DNA of 64,000 nucleotides from Heteronotia binoei. Its lineage: Eukaryota. Position numbers and translations under genes: made by a program. The stretch spans positions 5,456,001-5,520,000 of the forward strand of contig NC_083237.1 in NCBI RefSeq assembly GCF_032191835.1, given 5' to 3'. Positions 12,113 to 24,049 of the stretch are shown piece by piece. The notes under the pieces were generated by a model that saw only the letters and a list, made by a program, of their open reading frames with translations, ran no database searches and was not told where the DNA came from. Within the stretch, counting starts at the first letter, position 1, and every line of letters begins with the position of its first letter.

Positions 12113-14244
12113 CTGTGAAATTAAGGCCAGGAGAAACCAAGAAGGGTCATTTGCACAAAATGGAATACCTTTCTTTACGTGAGCAAGAATACGGCTGAAG
12201 TCAAGGGTGATGTTTTACCCTTGTGCAACACATAAAATGTGTGCAACACATAAAACTCGGTATTTCAAAAAGTGGACAATATACTAAGGCCATGTATATG
12301 TTACTTAAAGGCCACCTTCTATAGGGAAAGAAATGCCTGAACCGCAGCAACACACCATAATTAGGAATGCCTCAAATAAATATAACTCAAAGCCCAGGGA
12401 TGACGGCTGCCCTCCCAAAATAAATCTATTATCTAAAGAGTCAGCTGATTAGCCTCCAGATTAGCATTTGTAGGCCCTGACCTTTTCGCTCAGACATTCA
12501 GGTAACAGGTTCTCACATACAAGAATACGACTTTCAAGTGCACAGCTAAACACGTACACTTACAATGCAGGAACATCTTTTGTGCTAATTTAGCCCTGTT
12601 GACCCGTCAAACCCCAAAGAGTCCTGAGATGCCCAACTTTTATGCCTCCCCTTCAAATTGGGATACTTTCTCAGACCAAATAAGAAGGTATAGACCAGGG
12701 ATGGCCAAACTTGCTCAACATCAAAGCCACACAGAATAAACATCAGATGTTTGAGAGCCACAAGGCGGGCAGGTGGGCGGAAGGAAATAGTGGGAGGGGA
12801 GGAAGAGAGGTGGAAAGAAAGCAACTTTAACTTTAAATGCATTCTCCAAGTCATCAGCTGGCTTGGCTTCAACAAGTGATTTAAAGAGACAAGTGCCTTC
12901 TCCAAGGCAGCCAATGGGCGCTTGGAGAGCCACACAATATATGCGAAAGAGCCACATGTGGCTCCTGAGCCACAGTTTGGCCACCCCTGGTATAGAGGGT
13001 GCAGCACTGGGTGGGCAGTTTGGGTTCCTCTTTGTGCTTTTTGTAGTGCTGTTTTTAATGCTATGAACCAGGTGGCAAGCGAGCTGCGACCCTTTTCCTT
13101 TATCCATTAAAAAAAAAAAAGGCTTCTGTGTGGAAAATGGGCATCCTAAGAATCACCCGTTAGTACCAGAACTCTAGCACTTGACTTGAGGCTGCTCTTT
13201 TGGTTATGACTTTGCAACAGCCGCACTATGATCCAGGCTCCTAAACACACAACCGCTTTCCCAGTGTAGGGATTCAGTTTTAACAGCAGAGAATTTAAAC
13301 TGTGCCACAGATTGTAATTCATGCAAGCTTGTTAGTGTTATCAGACAAACATGCTAGTTTGAGAGATATTTGCGCAGGCGTTATTTGTGGTCACGCTGAC
13401 CAGACACTGATAATTAATTGGCTGATGTTCGTGGAATGTTATGATGTCATGAAAATAATAAATGGAGGTGCTGGAGGGGGCAGGAAGGTAGTAGACAAAG
13501 AACTTTTCCTTATTTATTTATTTTATTTATTTGGGATTTATATCCCGCCCTTCCCACAAGTGGCTCAGGGCGGGATATAAAGATCTAAAAGCACCTTGAA
13601 ACTTCCAGACGTCTCCCAGAGTTTTCTGTTGCCTTCTAAATCTTTCTTTCTACACCTGATGTTAGAGCTGGATTCTCTAGCACCCAGCATATTCTTTTTA
13701 ATTAAAGCTCACAAAGAGTTCAATTCACCCCCCCATACACACACTGGAAAGGATCCGTTTTGCCCATCCTGGCCAGAGCAGGGCCCTTTGGGGCTTCACA
13801 AGAGCAGATTAATATTCACCACACAAGATTCTGGGTGCAAACAATACAATAATGACTAACAACGGCAACAGACCACATTGTCCACTCACCCTTCCCCCGT
13901 CTTTTCTCCCCCTTAATACAGTGGACAAAAAATATACCCGGGTTAAAAAAAAGGTTGCAAGGCTATCAAAAGAAGCCACCCGATAGGCAAGGAAAAAAGA
14001 ACCAGAAGCAGAGCATAGAAAAGCAAACACAGAAAAGAAACACACAGAGTACAACAGAAGAATGGAGTGGGAAGAACAAAGCAGCAAAGCAGAAGAAAAC
14101 TTCAGAAACATACCCAGTTAGTACTGAAGAGCCTTACAGTACAAAGCAAAGGTGTTCAGAAGGTCCTGGCAACTGTGTTATGTTTAACTTTGCACAACAG
14201 ACCAGCATATCACTAACACAAAGGTCTAGCGATGGGAGTTACAA

Positions 14245-14658
14245 TACCGTGAGGGACAAGAGAACTCAGAGACATTCAATGACATTGCTGAGCAGTCGGG
14301 TTAGAACTGATAAAAGGAAGACCTTCTTCCCCCATAGGGTGATTAACACGTGGAATTCACTGCCACAGGTGGTAGCGGCTACAAGCATAGACAGCTTCAA
14401 GAGGAGATTGGATAAACATCTGGAGCAGAGGTCCATCAGTGACTATTAGCCACAAGGTATTGTTGGAATTCTCTGTCTGGGGCAGTGAAGCTCTGTATTC
14501 TTGGTGCTGGGGGGGCCACAGTGGGAGGGCTTCTAGTGTCCTGGTCCCAATGATGGACCTCCAGATGGCGCCTGGTCTTTTTGGCCACTGTTTGACACAG
14601 AGTGTTGGACTGGATGGGCCATTGGCCTGATCCAACACGGCTTCTCTTATGTTCTTAT
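14245..14658 (+). mobile_element. CR1 3' fragment
   Basis: RVINTWNSLP motif plus 3' UTR and tail. Confidence 0.85.
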
Positions 14659-14766
14659 GTTTTTAGACACAAGCAAACAGAGGCAACATTTTGCCTTCGT
14701 GACACTAGTCCTTATGAAGACAACACCGCCCCCCACAGCATAATCTTGACAAGCACGCTCTCTCAC

Positions 14767-14881
14767 CTTTAAAAATGCCTTTAATGAGGGGTGCAACGCA
14801 AGTATTGAATATTTCCTCTTGTTCAGCAAATGGATCAAAAACATAGTCGTAGGTAAAAGGTTTGTCATTACCCAAAATGAC
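14767..14881 (-). CDS. KIF4A: KIF4A coding exon 2 ([39 protein letters not shown])
   Basis: Kinesin motor FTYDYVFD motif; AG/GT boundaries; 115 nt, phase consistent with neighbours. Confidence 0.95.
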
Positions 14882-15727
14882 CTGTAAGGAGGAAGAGGAG
14901 AGAGTGGAGGTTATGCTGTTGTCTTTTCAAAACTCCCTTCTGTGGAATGACAGGGCTTGCCTGAAGGACACTCCAGTTACCTCCAATTACCCTCATGGGA
15001 GGAGTTTTTTGTCTTATCCATGTCCTCCTCCAGCTCTCCCCACCACCCCGCTTTGGTCTGCTCATTACACTCCCCTCTGTTCTCTCTGGCTCTTCGATTT
15101 GGGGCAAAGTGCCAGCCCTCTGGTTGCAAAAATTGCTCTTGATAGCCCCTGCACTTTCCACCCATCCTTCCTAGCAATGTTCGGGTCTCACGGAAGCTCT
15201 ATTACCCAAGGTGCACTCGTCTACTGCTTTGTTCTATTGCTTCAGACCAATACAGCTGCCTACTGGGACCGCTGTGAGAGCATCTGACTGGATTTCTGCC
15301 CTCCCCCTAACTGCTACTGGTTCTGCAGCAGCCCAGGCTAAACTAGGTGCTAAGACCCAGCAGATTCTCCACTGCCTCTGGGAAGCTCGGTCCCATTCAC
15401 CAACAAGGCTACAGAGCTGATTACAGGTGCCTATTTAGGACACAGCATTGGCACTGTCAATGGCAGCATGAGCCTCCTATAACCCCAAGACCAGCGCCTT
15501 TTTTTGAGCAGGAACACACAGGAAGGCAGTTCCAGCTGGCTTGGGAGTCCGAGGGTGTGGCCTAATATGCAAATGAGCTTCTGCTGGGCTTCTTCTACAA
15601 AAAAAGCCCTGTGTGAAACAGTGGTGATATCAGGGTGTGTGGCCTACTATACAAATGAGTTCCTGTTGGGCTTTTTCTACAAAAAAGTAAGAAAAAAGCC
15701 CTGACCAAAGCTATTTCTGGTAAGTTA

Positions 15728-15907
<180 letters not shown>

Positions 15908-18103
15908 TTAAAGAAACCGGAGAGGACAAAAACGTCATTTCACAGGAAGCACACCAGTGGAAGGAACTGCCGCTAAAGCCGACACAGCCTTCGAGTTGGA
16001 AGCCCCTTTCTCTTGGCAATGTCAGCGAAGAAGATCTCAGACCTGAGAAGGACCAGCCGTGTCGTGGAGACACATGAAGCTATCGATCCATCAAACCTTC
16101 ATTCCATCAAATTCAGCGTCGTGTGCTTACGCTGGCGGCTCTCCAGGGTCTCCGGCTGAGGTGTTGCACATCACCTCCTACCTCATCCTTTAAACCGGAA
16201 AAGCCGGAGGCTGAACCTGAGACCTTCTGCAGAACAACTTCCTTTGAGCCTTGTCTCTGCCCTGAAACTCCAGAGATCTTCTCCATGAGGCTTCTAATCC
16301 CAGCCTCATGCCTGTACTCAGGCCCCACTAAACTCCTCTCCCCAGGAACATATTTATTGACTTTTCACTACAACTCCTCCTGATTAGCCTTACTTATAAT
16401 GAGATAATTTTGGCCTGAACACCAGCCTAAGACATTTTTTAAAAAAATGTCTCAGCCTCGGCTCTGTAATTCCGTCCGGAAATATCACTTCTTAGACATT
16501 ACCTCTTATTACCCCATTGACTGACATGGCATAATCCACCTGCGGTGTCAGCAAGACAAAGGCAGACTAGAAGTAACATTAATGCTTTTACGTGCAGCAC
16601 CCTAATCTGGTAGAAAAGCAGCGCAGAAAAAATGTTTTAAATAAATAAACATGATGTTTAAAATAATACACGCGCATATATATACACACACAAACACAAT
16701 ACCATGAAATTTAAGTAAAGATCTATTAAAATACTACTGATTTTATCTTAACTGTTGTTAATTATGTTTACTTATAATCTCTGTAATAAATAATCTAATA
16801 AATAGCCATTTATAACATCCTCATTTGCATGTGTAACTTGTACAATATTTTATCTACTACATGAAGATATACAGTTTTTACAGTCCTGTCACAATTGGTT
16901 ACTATCAGATGTGGAAATGCGTTGGCTGAAATATATTATTATTCAGAAATAACATACTGAGGTTTAAAAATAAAGGTTGTACGAATCATGAAGAAAAGTA
17001 TAAAATGTATTCATTTAAAACTAAGGCCTATTATAATATTTAAATCTCTTTCCCATTCCCCACATGACTTGGCTATATAATGGAAAGGAAAATTCCGGTG
17101 AAAATTTTACACCCTCTAACTTGGCAATTGGCCTTAATGTCTTTGTCGGTTAAGAATAATAATGGTTCAGATAGCTTCAAGGTCCCTCGGCGCCTAGCTC
17201 TGAATATCACTATGCGGAGAAGGAGTAAAAAGTTTGAAATGCAAGATTAGAAGCAAGTTCTTGTTCACATAAAGAAAGATAGACCATAGACTGGAATGTG
17301 AAAAAAAGATATAAACCAAACTTAATACCAACAAAATACTGACTTTGGAGTAAAAACACCTTTATCATTACAAGGGTCAGCAAAGTATTAGGTCACACCT
17401 TAAATTAATAATAAAATGTTAATTTTAGAGAACATCCCCGTTTTGATTACCCAACAGCATTAGGCCAGGTCAAAAAGGGGTTTTCACCTGTAAAGCCAAT
17501 AATGTATGCTCTGTATAATTTTTCTGTTTATGTCATAAAAGGTACACAATCCGTGGACAACGTTTGTAACCCTTGAAGAACTTTTTAAGCTGGTGAAAGC
17601 TTTCACCTTCTGTATCCAATTCTCTTCCTTTTTATTCAATAAAAATCTGAGTTTTCCACCTCACAGAATCTCAAGGTGCGTTCCTCATTTTACGCCAGGG
17701 AGGCACACCCATCCATGGGTTTGCAGAACACAGATAACAGGGCGGGTTCTCTGGAGGGAGGACAGAAGCCCCTCCTCCAAATAAATAAACAAACAAGACA
17801 TCAAGCACTTTGAATATCCAAGACGTTCCAACTGGGGGGTGGCCCAACTTTGTTAATGCAAGAACCGCATAGACTAAATGGCTGATGGTTGAGAGCTGTA
17901 AGACATGATCATCAGATGTTTGAAAGCTGCAGGACGCAAACATCAGATGTTTGAGAGCCGCAAGACATGAACGTCAGATGTGTGACAGCAGCAAGGAAAT
18001 AGATGGGAGGGAGAGATGGAAAGAAAGCAACTTTAACTTTACATGCATTCCCCCAAGCCCAACTGGCTAGATTGGCTTGGAGAAGAGATTGAAAGAGAGA
18101 AGT

Positions 18104-18315
18104 GAACATATGAAGCTGCCTTATACTGAATCAGACCCTCGGTCCATCAAAGTCAATATTGTCTACTCAGACTGGCAGCGGCTCTCCAGGGTCTCAAGCT
18201 AAGGTTTTTCATACCTATTTGCCTGGACCCTTTTAGTTGGAGATGCCAGGGATTGAACCTGGGACCTTCTGCTTACCAAGCAGATGCTCTACCACTGAGC
18301 CACCGTCCCTCCCTA
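18104..18315 (-). mobile_element. Full-length tRNA-Ala-like SINE (Squam3-like)
   Basis: Head GTGGCTCAGTGGTAGAGC...GGTTCAATCCC and ATATGTTCA tail; other copies at 7682-7883 and 26880-27235. Confidence 0.75.
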
Positions 18316-18859
18316 AGTGCCAGCTGACAGGGTAGTGGGGGCTTCAAGAGCCACACAAGACGTGTGAAAGACCCACATGTGGCTCCTGAGCCACAGCTGG
18401 CCACCCCTGTTTTAACTGAGCCATCATTCGTTTCCTTTTACCTTTTTAAAATCCAAAATGTTTTATTTAAATATTAACCATGCATATAAAATATTCTCCA
18501 CGTACTGAGTAGTCCCATACAATCGTGAGATGTCAAAAGATTTAAGATCAAACTAGACTAGTGCTGTCACCTTACCACTGAGGTTATTAATATTAAGCAT
18601 GTGCATGGGATAAGGCTTTGTCGAGCCAAAACACACACACACTCACATCCACAATAAAACAAAAAAAAGAGGGTGGGGGGGAGAGAGCAAGTAAGGTTAG
18701 TGCAATGCTATTCAAGATAGAAATTCTGCAGTAGGCGTAGAGTAGGAGTGGGGATATTTATTAATATTTCCAGAACCTTAAATGTCTTCCTGTCCCCCCC
18801 ACCCCCATCAGTACTTAAAGCCCAGCCGCCCAGCTCAGCCCAAAGCCAAGAGTCCCACA

Positions 18860-19310
18860 ATGCAACGCGGCAGGGGGGCCACTCCATAGAGACCTTGCCC
18901 TCCCTCTCCCCGCTGGCCCTTCAGCCCCCTTCCCTATTCAAAGGGGGCTCTGGACACTCCCCGCCACCGGTTCTCCTCACCCCGTCCGGGAGCCGCCAGT
19001 CCCGCGCCCGGCCCTCGCTCCGTCTCCCCTCCCGCCTTCAGCCGCTCGTCTTCAACTCCCAACGTTCAAACACGGCGCGCTCATCCGGGGAACTCGGCGA
19101 CGCCACGCCCACGAAGGGGAGGGAGGGGAAAAAGAGAGAAAGACTGCGGGGGTGACGTCAGGTGCCCGCCGGAAGGATCCGGCGAATCGACGGGACTCTG
19201 AGTGTCATGTGATCCGCGTCTCTCTGAGGGGAAAGGGATGGGGCGGAGAAAGAGGGCCGTTACCTTGGCAACCAGGGGAAGAGGCCTTGTTTTAGGATGG
19301 GGGGCGGGCT
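18860..19310. promoter_or_regulatory. CpG-island promoter of KIF4A: CDE-N4-CHR (CGCGC-CGTG-TTTGAA, minus, 19065-19079), CRE TGACGTCA 19153-19160, ETS CCGGAAG 19169-19175, E-box TCATGTGA 19205-19212, RFX X-box-like GTTACCTTGGCAAC 19259-19272
   Basis: Motifs read directly from sequence; high CpG density; CHR elements are typical of G2/M mitotic genes. Confidence 0.7.
18981..19060 (-). other. KIF4A: Putative non-coding first exon of KIF4A (5' end approximate)
   Basis: GC/CpG-rich region; minus-strand donor GG|GTGAG at 18980; directly downstream of a CDE/CHR-like element. TSS not determinable from sequence. Confidence 0.5.
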
Positions 19311-19316
19311 ACCAAC

Positions 19317-19410
19317 ATTAGATAATAATAATGATGATGATAATAATAATGAAGATTATAATAATGATAATAATAATAGTTATGAAGATCATCATAATGT
19401 TAATGGTGAT
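19317..19410. repeat. (AAT/GAT)n microsatellite
   Basis: Direct inspection. Confidence 0.9.
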
Positions 19411-19500
19411 AATAATAGTTATGAAGATACAGTATTAAATAAAAGCTGCGATGTATTTAAACAAAACAATCCCATTTCGTGGGCTCTAGAAATACCTTTA

Positions 19501-20518
19501 AAACAGGGGTGGCCAACGGTAGCTCTCCAGATGTTTTTTGCCTACAACTCCCATCAGCCCCAGCCATCAGCCATCTATTAAGGAATTTTGGACATTTACT
19601 TGTGCCTTTGCAGTGACTTTGGGGGAAGGGTGGATGTTCCTTATGCACCTTTCATGGAATGATTCATTGCTGAGTACTTGCGATGGTTTTGATATTATGC
19701 AGTAAACCAGGTAACTCTCCAGATGTTTTTGCCTACAACTCCCATCAGCCCCAGCCATTGGCCATGCTGGCTGGGGCTGATGGGAGCTGTAGGCAAAAAA
19801 ACATCTGGAAAGCTACCGTTGGCCACCCCTGCTGTAGAGAGTAGACTGTATAGCAGGGGTGGCTGATGGTAGCTCTCCAGATGTTTTTTTGCCTACAACT
19901 CCCATCAGCCCCAGCCATCTATTAAGGAATTTTGGACGTTTACTTGTGCCTTTACAGTGACTTTGGGTGAAGGGTGGATGTTCCTTACGCACCTTTCATG
20001 GAATGATTCATTGCTGAGTACTTGTGATGGTTTTGATATTATGCAGTAAACCAGGTAGCTCTCCAAATGTTTTTGCCTACAACTCCCATCAGCCCCAGCC
20101 ATTGGCCATGATAGCTGGGGCTGATGGGAGCTGTAGGCAAAAACATCTGGAAAGCTACCTTTGGCCACCCCTGCTGTAGAGAGTAGACTGTATAGCAGGG
20201 GTGCTGATGGTAGCTCTCCAGATTTTTTTTGCCTACAACTCCCATCAGCCCCAGCCATCAGCCATCTATTAAGGAATTTTGGACATTTACTTGTGCCTTT
20301 ACAGTGACTTTGGGTGAAGGGTGGATGTTCCTTACGCACCTTTCATGGAATGATTCATTGCTGAGCACTTGTGATGGTTTTGATATTATGCAGTAAACCA
20401 GGTAGCTCTCCAGATGTTTTTGCCTACAACTCCCATCAGCCCCAGCCATTGGCCATGCTTGCTGGGGCTGATGGGAGTTGTAGGCAAAAAACATCTGGAG
20501 AGCTACCGTTGACCACCA
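19501..20518. repeat. About 345-bp tandem triplication containing a fold-back hAT-like MITE
   Basis: ATCTATTAAGG marker at 19573, 19917, 20264; a single MITE copy also lies at about 3365-3499. Confidence 0.88.
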
Positions 20519-20939
20519 ATGTTCTATTTTAACGTGTTTTAAATATATTGAAAGGTGGGTTTTTTAAAATTAAAGGAAACATACACAACGCCATGAAAAA
20601 TACAAAAAAAACCAATTGTCAGAAATTTACATGGTGGAAGTTGGTTTTCCTGTAAATTAATTTTTAAAAACCCTTTTTTCCTATAAAGGCTTATGTTTTC
20701 ATGTAGCAGTTTTATTCATTCCATATTGAAAACATTAGCCTTTATAGGAAAGAGGGTTTTTAAGAAAAAATATTTTACTAAAGGACCAACTGCCATCATG
20801 TAATGCAAGGCAAATTTCTGACACAACGACTTTTTTTGTATTTTTCCTTCATAATTAAGGCTATTTTTCCTTTTGTCATTGCGAGTTTTCTCCAGGAAAA
20901 AAACCCTTTTATTCGGGATTTAATGTGGATTTTAAAGGG

Positions 20940-21246
20940 CATGGGCGTTACAGCCAAGGACTCAAAACCTAGGCGCGCATGCGCAAATTTGGATCTTTCT
21001 TGCACCTACATGACACAGCGTCTTAAATGTCCCGCCCCGTCTCGTCTTATCATCCAATCAGTGCAACGAACACGGCTCACGCAAGGACCGCCTTTCTCCA
21101 GAGAGGCTGCCCAGTCCTGGAGAGGTTTGCTGTCGCTGCTTTTGATTGGTTGTCTGGTGAGACGAGCCTTTCTGGAGTGCAGGAGGAGACTTTGCTTGTG
21201 GGAACCGAGTTTCAGCCTCCCTCTGCCTGGGTTGACCTCTTAAGTG
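20940..21246 (+). promoter_or_regulatory. PDZD11: Putative PDZD11 promoter and non-coding first exon
   Basis: NRF1-like GCGCATGCGC at 20975-20984, GC box, CCAAT/ATTGG boxes, candidate donors GTGAGA at 21157 and GTGAGT at 21247. Confidence 0.5.
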
Positions 21247-21414
21247 GTGAGTGCGAGCAAAGCATTGCAACGCTTTATTAAAGCAGAAGCAATGGGGAGC
21301 ATTGGTGGAGGGTGGATTCCTCCCCTTTGCATCCCAAGGGGAGGCAGAACTGGCGTGCAGGGCATCTATGCTGGCATTAGGCGCTGCAGTCGGTTGCATT
21401 TGGGTGGTGGGTGC

Positions 21415-22500
21415 AGCACGTAAGAAGCAGGCCGAAATTCTGCAGGGAATTGAAAACGGATCAGCCAGTATCATAATGCCCCTGTATAAATCTATGGTGC
21501 GGCCCCATTTGGAGTACTGTCTACAATTCTGGTCACCGCACCTTAAAAAAGATATTATAGCTTTGGGAAAAGTCCAGAAAAGGGCAACTAGAATGTTTAA
21601 AGTGTTGGAACACTTTCCCTATGAAGAAAGGTTAAAACGCTTGGGGCTCTTTAGCTTGGAGAAACGTCAACTGAGGGGTGGCATGAGAGAGGTTTACAAG
21701 ATTATGCATGGGATGGAGAAAGTAGAGAAAGAAGTACTTTTCTCCCTTTCTCGTGGGCACGCCATGAAATTGCTGAGCAGTCAGGTTAGAGCGGATAAAA
21801 GGAAGTACATACTTCAACCAAAGAGTGAATTCACTCCCAAGGGAGGTGGTGGCGGCTACAAGCACAGACAGCTTCAAGAGGGGGTTGGATCAACATATGG
21901 AGCAGAGGTCCATCAGTGGCTCTTAGCCACAGCGTATTGTTGGGACTCTCTGTCTGGAGTAAGTGATGCTCTGCATTCATGGTGCTTGGGGGGGCACAGT
22001 AGGGGGGGCTTCTAGTGTCCTGGTGCCACTGGTGGACCTCCTGATGGCACCTGGGGTTTTTTGGCCACTGTGTGATACAGAATATTGGACTGGATGGGTC
22101 ATTGGCCTGATATAACATGTATGTTCTTGGGTCTGGGGCAAGTGATGTTCTGTATTCTTGGCGCTTTGAGGAGGGGGTCAACAGTGGGAGGGCTTGTAGT
22201 GTCCTGGCCCCGCTGATGGACCTCCTGATGGCACCTGGAGTTTTTTGCCCGCTGTGTGATACAGAGTATTGGACTGGATGGGCCATTGGTCCAATACAAC
22301 ATGTATGTTATGATGTCTGGGGCAGTGATACTCCGTCTTCTTGGTGCTTGGGAGGGGCAACAGTGGGAGGACTTCTGGTGTCCTGGCCCCACTGATGGAC
22401 CTCCTGATTGCACCTGGGAGGTTTTTGGCTGCTGTGTGATACAGAGTGTTGGACTGGATGGGCCTTTGTCCTGATCCAACATAGCTTCTCTTGTGTTCTT
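21415..22500 (+). mobile_element. CR1 LINE RT 3' end with duplicated 3' UTRs in PDZD11 intron 1
   Basis: YKSMVRPHLEYCLQFWSP...VQKRAT...RLKRLGLFSLEKR motifs. Confidence 0.9.
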
Positions 22501-22688
22501 TCCCCCCCCCTCTTGTGTTCTTATGAGATGTCTCCAGCCCCTCCCTGGAGGTTGGTAGCCCTAGCAGGTGAGAAGGTTGGCTTCCTGATTTATTGAAAGC
22601 CTGGTAGGGGACCCCTCTGTTATCTTGTCTCCCCAGTTTAGCCCTGGAACCGTCAGCCGTGCCTCCCCAGCATATACTGACTTCCAGA

Positions 22689-22790
22689 ATGGATGGAGGA
22701 GGAGGAGGAGGTCGGATCCCGTACGATGATTACCCAGTGGTATTCCTTCCTCCCTATGAGAGCCCCCCGGTGTGGATCCCCCCTCATGAG
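22689..22790 (+). CDS. PDZD11: PDZD11 coding exon 1 (MDGGGGGGRIPYDDYPVVFLPPYESPPVWIPPHE)
   Basis: RIPYDDYPVVFLP matches the PDZD11 N-terminus; acceptor AG at 22686-22687, donor GT at 22791. Confidence 0.95.
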
Positions 22791-22870
22791 GTGTGTAGCT
22801 ACAGATCCTGCTCTGTTTATTGTGTCTATTTGATACCAACAGAAGGTTATATTGGAATCCTTGTTTGCAC

Positions 22871-23602
22871 TAAAGATGTAAAATTTCCAGAAATTTTGAA
22901 ACTCGGGAAAAAAACGGAAATTTTCAGAAAAGTTGAAAAAAAAATGCCACTTTTTTCTTTTCCAGATTGAAAGTCATTCTGTTACTTTAGGAACATAAAA
23001 TATGACTATGGACAATTTTACTTGGCATGAAATTATCACAGCTAGCATATTAAAAATGTAGTGTATCCAAACACTTATTACAAACAGAATTTACTTTTTA
23101 AATAATATTTATTTGTAATTATAACAAATAGAGCAACAGTTTCCTGAACTGTTTACTTGGTTATGTGGAACAGACAAAAAAAAAAACCCTCCACAAAACA
23201 ATTTTTAAAAATCCAGAAATAACAATTTTTCGTATTGCCTCTCCACAGTAATAAAAATTAAAAACTAATTCTCATAAAAAGAATTGAAGAGGGGGGAAGT
23301 GTATAGAAGGGAGCGTAGGACAAAGTTTCAATGAACGGGCATGGCTTAGGACTTCCTTGCCCTCGGGGCACAGAATTAGAATAATCTGATACCATACATA
23401 TTTTTTAGAAATGATTTGGAAAATATTTGAACACCTTGTCTTAAAATATTTTATTCATCATGTTAAAATAAAATGTTCCATAGTCAATTTTTTTCTTTTC
23501 TTTTTCAATTTTTCCAATTTTTTTGGGAAAAAACAAGGTTTCAGGGAAAAAACGGTTTTTTCCCTAATTTTTCCGGGTTTTTTCTGGACCTTCACATCTC
23601 TG
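22871..23602. mobile_element. hAT (Ac-type) non-autonomous element
   Basis: Termini TAAAGATGT / ACATCTCTG; TSD GTTTGCAC / GTTTGGAC (7 of 8 match). Confidence 0.8.
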
Positions 23603-23755
23603 GTTTGGACATGCAGGTATCCTTTCAGGGACTCCTGATTTCTTCCCACTCTTCTAAGAGCAGAAGTAGGCATGGTCTTTTAGCACTTAAGACCGTCAGC
23701 CTAAGATTTCCATGATGGAATACACCGTGGCATTCAATATTTGGTTTGTTCCTAG

Positions 23756-23839
23756 AGAATCTACCATTCGGATTATAACAACGAGCTGACCCAGTTCCTG
23801 CCGCGCACAATTGTGCTGAAGAAACCCCCAGGAGCTCAG
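23756..23839 (+). CDS. PDZD11: PDZD11 coding exon 2 (RIYHSDYNNELTQFLPRTIVLKKPPGAQ)
   Basis: Hand translation; AG/GTAAG; 84 nt. Confidence 0.95.
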
Positions 23840-23992
23840 GTAAGATTCAGCTAGCCAGCTGTGGGAGAAACTTTCAAGCGCCTCTGTGTGTGCTGAGACT
23901 ATTATTCTGCTTTGCTATTGAGAGTTTTGACAGCTGAGTATCCACCATTCATGCATGTCGACATCTGCTCCTCTTCTCTGTTTCACCTTTAG

Positions 23993-24049
23993 CTGGGTTT
24001 TAACATCCGGGGAGGAAAAGCTTCTCAGCTGGGAATCTTCATCTCCAAG
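23993..24049 (+). CDS. PDZD11: PDZD11 coding exon 3 (LGFNIRGGKASQLGIFISK)
   Basis: PDZ carboxylate-binding LGF loop; AG/GT; 57 nt. Confidence 0.95.

Noticed and set aside
18240-18315. Many tRNA-like segments (GTGGCTCAGTGGTAGAGC heads)
   Set aside because: Followed by SINE bodies, with mismatched stems; these are SINE heads, not tRNA genes.
19297-19581. Asn/Asp-rich ORF
   Set aside because: Translation of an (AAT/GAT)n microsatellite.
21251-22015. 254-aa ORF
   Set aside because: Decayed CR1 reverse-transcriptase 3' end, not a host gene.
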